Assembly: GCF_036365525.1 (NCBI RefSeq)
Contig: NC_090390.1
Span: 74,712,918 to 74,776,917, forward strand
Source: Heterodontus francisci
Lineage: Eukaryota
DNA: 64,000 nucleotides
Reading direction: 5' to 3'
The notes beneath the pieces are model-generated. The model saw only the letters and a list, made by a program, of their open reading frames with translations. It had not been told where the DNA came from and did not search any database. This document shows positions 58,988-64,000 of the stretch, piece after piece (within the stretch, counting starts at the first letter, position 1; each line of letters opens with the position of its first letter). A program made the position numbers and the translations under genes.

Positions 58988-59190
58988 TTTTAGTTTAGTT
59001 TAGCTTAGTTTAGAGATACAGCACTGAAACAGGCCCTTTGGCCCACCGAGTCTGTGCCGAACATCAACCACCCATTTATACTAATCCTACACTAATTCCA
59101 TATTCCTACCACATCCCCACCTTCACTATATTTCCCTACCACCTACCTATACTAGGGGCAATTTATAATGGCCAATTAACCTATCAACCC
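58988..59190 (-). mobile_element. HE1-type V-SINE, 3' half
   Basis: (TTTAG)n followed by the reverse complement of 11225-11405. Confidence 0.85.
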
Positions 59191-60189
59191 TTTTAACCCT
59201 TAACGTTATTCCGAAGATCTTTAAATCTTCAAATATTAAGCCAGGACATAAATGGTTAATAAGTCTTACTTTTTTGCATTCAGGCAGAATTAATAAATTC
59301 CTAATATTGATCCAATGCTGGGAGATTTATTGGAGGTTGCAGCATAAAGTCCTACTTCTGGCTGACTAAAACTCCACCTGTCACTGAGAGGTGATTTAAG
59401 TCAGTTAAAAGTACACCAGCTGCACAAACTAATGATTCCATTTGGAGAGCCAACGGCACTGAAACCAGTCACTCTGTCACATTAATATTGAATGAATGAA
59501 ATTCTGAGTGGGAAGACAATAATTAAATGGTAGGAATAATGCGCTGAGCACAAGACACGACAAGGTTCTGCGACACTTTTGCTAATAAGGGTGCTGTGAT
59601 TCGTCAATGACATGTTTGTGGAAACCCAAGATTATTCACACCTGTGGAGGATGTCAAATTTTGTTTGAATACTTATTGTTCTCTTTAATTAAAATGGGCA
59701 GCCTCTGGCCAAGTGGATACACCCCTGGTACACTCAGCAGATAAGTGTGAGCTCAAGTCCCAAGGCTACCTTGGTTCCTCGAAGATGCTCCCCTCTGTTG
59801 GAATTGAGTTTTTGGGAGTTTCAAGTGGAGCATTTCACCACAGCAGGATATTCCCAGTGGATGAATTGGTGCCATTGTTTAAAATGCACTTCTTTTACAT
59901 TTTGGCCTGGATTTGAATAGGTTAATGAGGTACAAAGCATTCTCTCGCTCTCTGTTTTTTTGGTGCAACGTAACTTAAGTGTCTCAGTCAAGGTCTCAAT
60001 GGATTTGTCAGCAGAAACAACCTCTTCAAAATTTAGTATAGTAATTCATACCAATTTATCAGTCTCATTTAAACTGCAAACAAGAGGGAAAAGAGTATAT
60101 AGAAATTGCTAGACTAAGAAAGACCAAGGACCAACTATTCAATTCACCTTCTACCATTCTGGTAGTCATATGATACAACCAGAATGGAG

Positions 60190-60578
60190 TTTTTTTCTTT
60201 AATCTGTTCTTGGGATATGAGCATCACTGGCAAGGCCAGCATTTGTTGCCCATCCCAAATTGGCCCTTAAACTGAGTTTTTACTAGGCCAATTCATAGGG
60301 CAGTTAAGAGTCAACCACATTGCTATGGGTCTGGAGTTACATGTATGCCAGATAGGATAGGAACTGCAGCTTTCCTCCCTGGAAGGACATTAATGACCAG
60401 ATGGGTTTTTACAACAATCCAGTAGCTTCATGATTATTGTTAATGACACTAGCATTTTATTCCAGATTTATTAATTGAATTTGAATTCTTCCAGTTGCCA
60501 TGGTGGGATTTGAATTCATATCACTGAAGTGTTAATCCAGACTACTAGTCCAGTAATATAACCACTGTGCCACCATCC
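60190..60578 (-). mobile_element. tRNA-headed bipartite SINE, full length, diverged
   Basis: Reverse-complement match to 42977-43362. Confidence 0.8.
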
Positions 60579-61171
60579 CCTCAATTGAATAATTGTAGGA
60601 ATTAGTCCCTGTAATTAATCTACAACAGACCCAGACATGGGGCAAGGTCAACCCTAATGATGGAAAGCTAACATCACCTCTTGTCTCATTCCATGCCTGT
60701 CGTGCAAGAGTTGAAGATGAAAATTTGCTTGAAGGAGGAAAAACCTTTCCTATTTACCTTACACTCTGCCCCACATTTTGAAATATAGCTGCACAGAAAA
60801 GAAGCAGATTATTCCTGCTAAAGGAAGAATTGTCAAGTCCCAACAAGTTCACTTCCTGTCACCTGACCACAGCATAAGCATTATCAGCAAATCTCTCCTC
60901 AAAAAGACGTTGAGGCTAGCAGGTCAATTGAAAATTTCTAAACTGAGACCGATGGATTATTGTTAGGCAGGGATATTTCAGGTTACAGAACTAAGGCGGG
61001 TAAGATCTAGATCAGCCATGATCTAACTGAATGTCGGAACAGCCTTCAGGAGCTGGGCGGTCTACTCCTGTTCCTGTTTCCTGATGTTCCCAATTCCAAA
61101 GACCTGAAACCTGAACTGTCTTGTCCTGTCCTTTACACTTGAGGGAGAATTGGTGGAGTTGAGCGGTATCA

Positions 61172-61475
61172 TGGGTGGATAGTGAGAGTCTTTTTCCTCG
61201 GATGGTGATGGCAAACACGAGGGGACATAGCTTTAAGTTGAGGGGTGATAGATATAGGACAGATGTTAGAGGTAGTTTCTTTACTCAGAGAGTAGTAGGG
61301 GTGTGGAACGCCCTGCCTGCAACAGTAGTAGACTCTCCAACTTTAAGGGCATTTAAGTGGTCATTGGATAGACATATGGATAAAAATGGAATAGTGTAGG
61401 TCAGATGGTTTCACAGGTCGGCGCAACATCGAGGGCCGAAGGGCCTGTACTGCGCTGTAATGTTCTAAAAAAAAA
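61172..61475 (+). mobile_element. CR1 (HER1-like) LINE 3' end
   Basis: ORF 61175-61399 LFPRMVMANTRGHSFKLRGDRYRTDVRGSFFTQRVVGVWNALP; tail gggccgaagggcctgt shared with the HE1-type SINE. Confidence 0.88.
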
Positions 61476-62291
61476 CAAGTAGGAAGAACCATGGCGTACA
61501 GTTTTAAAAAGCGAGGAAGGTGTGGATGATATCCCACCGATGATGATGAGTTCGTGGTGTGCTTATACAAGCATCAAACACAGGAGCGGAGCGCACTAAC
61601 TGCAAGAGGAGAAACAGGATCTAAAAGGCTAGAGCAGTTTATTAACATTTGTGGCATCCTGAGGTAAATGAGGCTTCCTCTTTGGCCTGCTTTTCAGCTG
61701 CTATTCCAGTTCATGGGAGAGAAAATGGGACAAGGCCCAGTTACACCAGATTCCACCCAATTCTGGAGGCATTGTATTTTTCAATGGCTCTTCTGTTGAG
61801 CCAAGTATGGGGGGAACCATATTTTAAAAAGACATTAATGATGGTGTGACATCATGTCAAACTTTCCATTATTGCCACCTCATCTGTGTTGGCCGTAATG
61901 TGCTTGTATATAGCCAGTGTCCAAAAGTTGCTAAGAAAATGGAAAACAAAGGTTGAATTTTAAATGGTCACCACAGTTATGTTACTATAGAGCGGGATGA
62001 TCAATCTACATATTGTTGGCAGTCTCTTTCACCAGTGGATGCAGCAACATGATTACTGTCCGGATTGTATTGGAATCTTGCAACAGCGACCAGTTCTTCC
62101 AAATCCCTCCTCCAATGGTGAGCTCTCAAGAGCAGGTGGGAATACTGCTAGGGGCCCACTGAAAATACTTAAATAATGCTTACCCTGGAAATTTGACCAA
62201 CACCAGCACTGAGTTCATGGTGTGAGCAGGACACACCGTTGACCCTAGGCAATCATACCAGAGAGGAAAATCTCAGCCATTATGCCTTTGC

Positions 62292-62588
62292 AAGGATGTG
62301 AGGGTCCTTGAGAGGGTGCAGAGGAGCTTTACCAGAATGGTCCCAGGGATGGGGGATTTTAGTTACAAGGTTAGCTTGGAAAAACTGGACTTGTTTTCCT
62401 TAGAACAAAGGAGATTGAGGGGAAATTACGATCAATGACTTCAAGAGGAATTTGGATGGCCATCTGAGAGAAACAGACTTTCAGGGTTACGGTGATCGAG
62501 CGGGGAGAGGGACTGCATAGCTCCGTGGAGAGCTGGCATGGACTCAATGGGCCAAATGGCCTCCTTCCATGCTGAAAATTACTCTATA
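62292..62588 (+). mobile_element. CR1 fragments with internal deletion
   Basis: ggaaggatgt-like...gagagggtgcagaggagctttaccagaatgg...ctggcatggactcaatgggccaaatggcctcc. Confidence 0.7.
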
Positions 62589-62622
62589 ACACATTCCAAA
62601 CCACATTGCTTTTTTTATACAT

Positions 62623-62845
62623 TTAATAAAAACAAAAAATGCTAGAAATACTCAGCAGATCTGGCAGCGCATCTATAGAGAGGAACCGAGTTAATGTTTC
62701 AGTCAATAACCTTTCACAAAACTGGATTTCAAGTTCCCAGTTCAGATGAAGGTAACGCTGTTTCTCTCTCCACAGATGCTGCCAGATGTGAGTATTTTCA
62801 GCATTTTCCAATTTTATTTCAGTTTTTCAGCATTAGCAATAATTT
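62623..62845. mobile_element. Degenerate fold-back Penelope-like element
   Basis: Antisense arm followed by sense arm of the 8392-8529 family; hammerhead cores decayed. Confidence 0.7.
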
Positions 62846-63224
62846 GCCCCTGAGCTCCTGTGGTGTTGCTCACTGGCAGTCTGAGGACCGGTGTGATGTT
62901 TAGAGTTGTAGAACTCGAGCAGGGAACAAAAGCATAGCAGAGCACAGAGTGTGTGTGGGGGTGGAGGGAGATCAGGAGGGGTGACGCTGACAGAAACCAG
63001 GAGCACACCATCAACAGGCAACACATATGTCACTCCTTTAATATGGAAAATATTGGTAAGTTACACACCTATTCACTTGTGAATTACTGGTATTTTCAAG
63101 AAAACTTATCAACAAGGAACGAACCTACATTTAAGCACTTTCAGGATGTCTGAAATAGGTGGAGCACCTTGATTTACATAACAAAACAGTTTTATGCCTA
63201 TTTTGGATTGGTTGAACGTGCTGG

Positions 63225-63625
63225 AATGAAACTTAAAAGCTTACCTTGCTCATCCTTGTTTTCAAATCCTTGCTCAGCCTCACCCCTCCCTATGTCCGTA
63301 ACCTCTTCTGGCCCTACAATCCTCCAAGATCTCAGAGCTCCTCTAATTCCGGCCAATAGTACATCCCCGATTGTCTTCGCTCCATCATCTGTGCCATCAG
63401 CTGCCTGGACCCTATGCTCTGGAATTCCCTCCATAAACCTCTTGGCCTCTCTTCCTCTCTCTCCTCCTTTAAGACGCTCTTTAAAACCTACCTCTTTAAT
63501 AAAACCTTTGGTCATCTCTCCGAATACCTTCTTATATGGTTCAGTGTCAAATTTTGTTTGACAACATTCTTTGAAGTGCTTTGAGACATTTTACTACGCT
63601 AAAGATGTTATAGAAATGCAAATTA
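63225..63625 (+). mobile_element. L2-type LINE 3' end
   Basis: ctcatccttgttttcaaatcc...ctctggaattccctccataaacctc...atagaaatgcaaattatt. Confidence 0.75.
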
Positions 63626-64000
63626 TTACTGCCTGAAAGTTGATTCAGGTAGGCAAATGGGCACACACGGTCAACTGGAAGTCGCCCATTTTTCAGGCAG
63701 GAAATGGGTAGCCAGCAGCTAAATGTCTCCTGCATAGTCATTAGCCATATCGTTATTTCATTTCTGTGCACTGTTTAACTCCATGCAATGGCCGTGAGGT
63801 AGAATTCCATCGTGCTGGAAGACCTGTGCTATGTTTATCCAAGATGCAGTTAAAGGACTGAAAGAAGGTCACTAAGAATTTTGTGATTCATTGTTATTCT
63901 AGCTTCAGAAAATGGTTTATTCATCACTGTAAGTAGAATAATGTTGAGGTTTTTCAACTGGTTTATTTTACTTCGTTATAAACTTATGTATCACAATAAA

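Noticed and set aside
62690-62760. Active hammerheads in the 62.6-62.8 kb fold-back
   Set aside because: Both cores are mutated or deleted (CAGATGAA; GAAAC missing in the sense arm)

Overview
Repeat-dense, apparently non-coding (intronic or intergenic) vertebrate DNA, most likely from a shark or other elasmobranch. The evidence is HE1-type V-SINEs, SacSINE1-like DeuSINEs, and CR1 and L2 LINE fragments. No host protein-coding gene can be supported: the only recognisable protein fragments are decayed LINE endonuclease/reverse-transcriptase pieces, and the other ORFs are antisense, repeat-derived or unrecognisable. Highlights: (1) a TSD-bounded ~3.9 kb CR1/L2-group LINE whose 5' end is a tRNA-derived SINE head and whose sense strand avoids TTTT, suggesting a Pol III-transcribed LINE whose internal-deletion products form a local SINE family; (2) two distinct minimal type I hammerhead ribozyme motifs in Penelope-like short elements, one with a possible loop-II pseudoknot; (3) an initiator-tRNA(Met)/CR1-tail chimeric retrocopy; (4) an inverted SINE dimer inserted as one unit, plus several multi-level nested insertions; (5) repeat-free AT-rich blocks that may be conserved enhancers. 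Family names come from recalled consensus features, not database searches. Most repeat boundaries are approximate (about +/-10-20 bp) unless a TSD is quoted.
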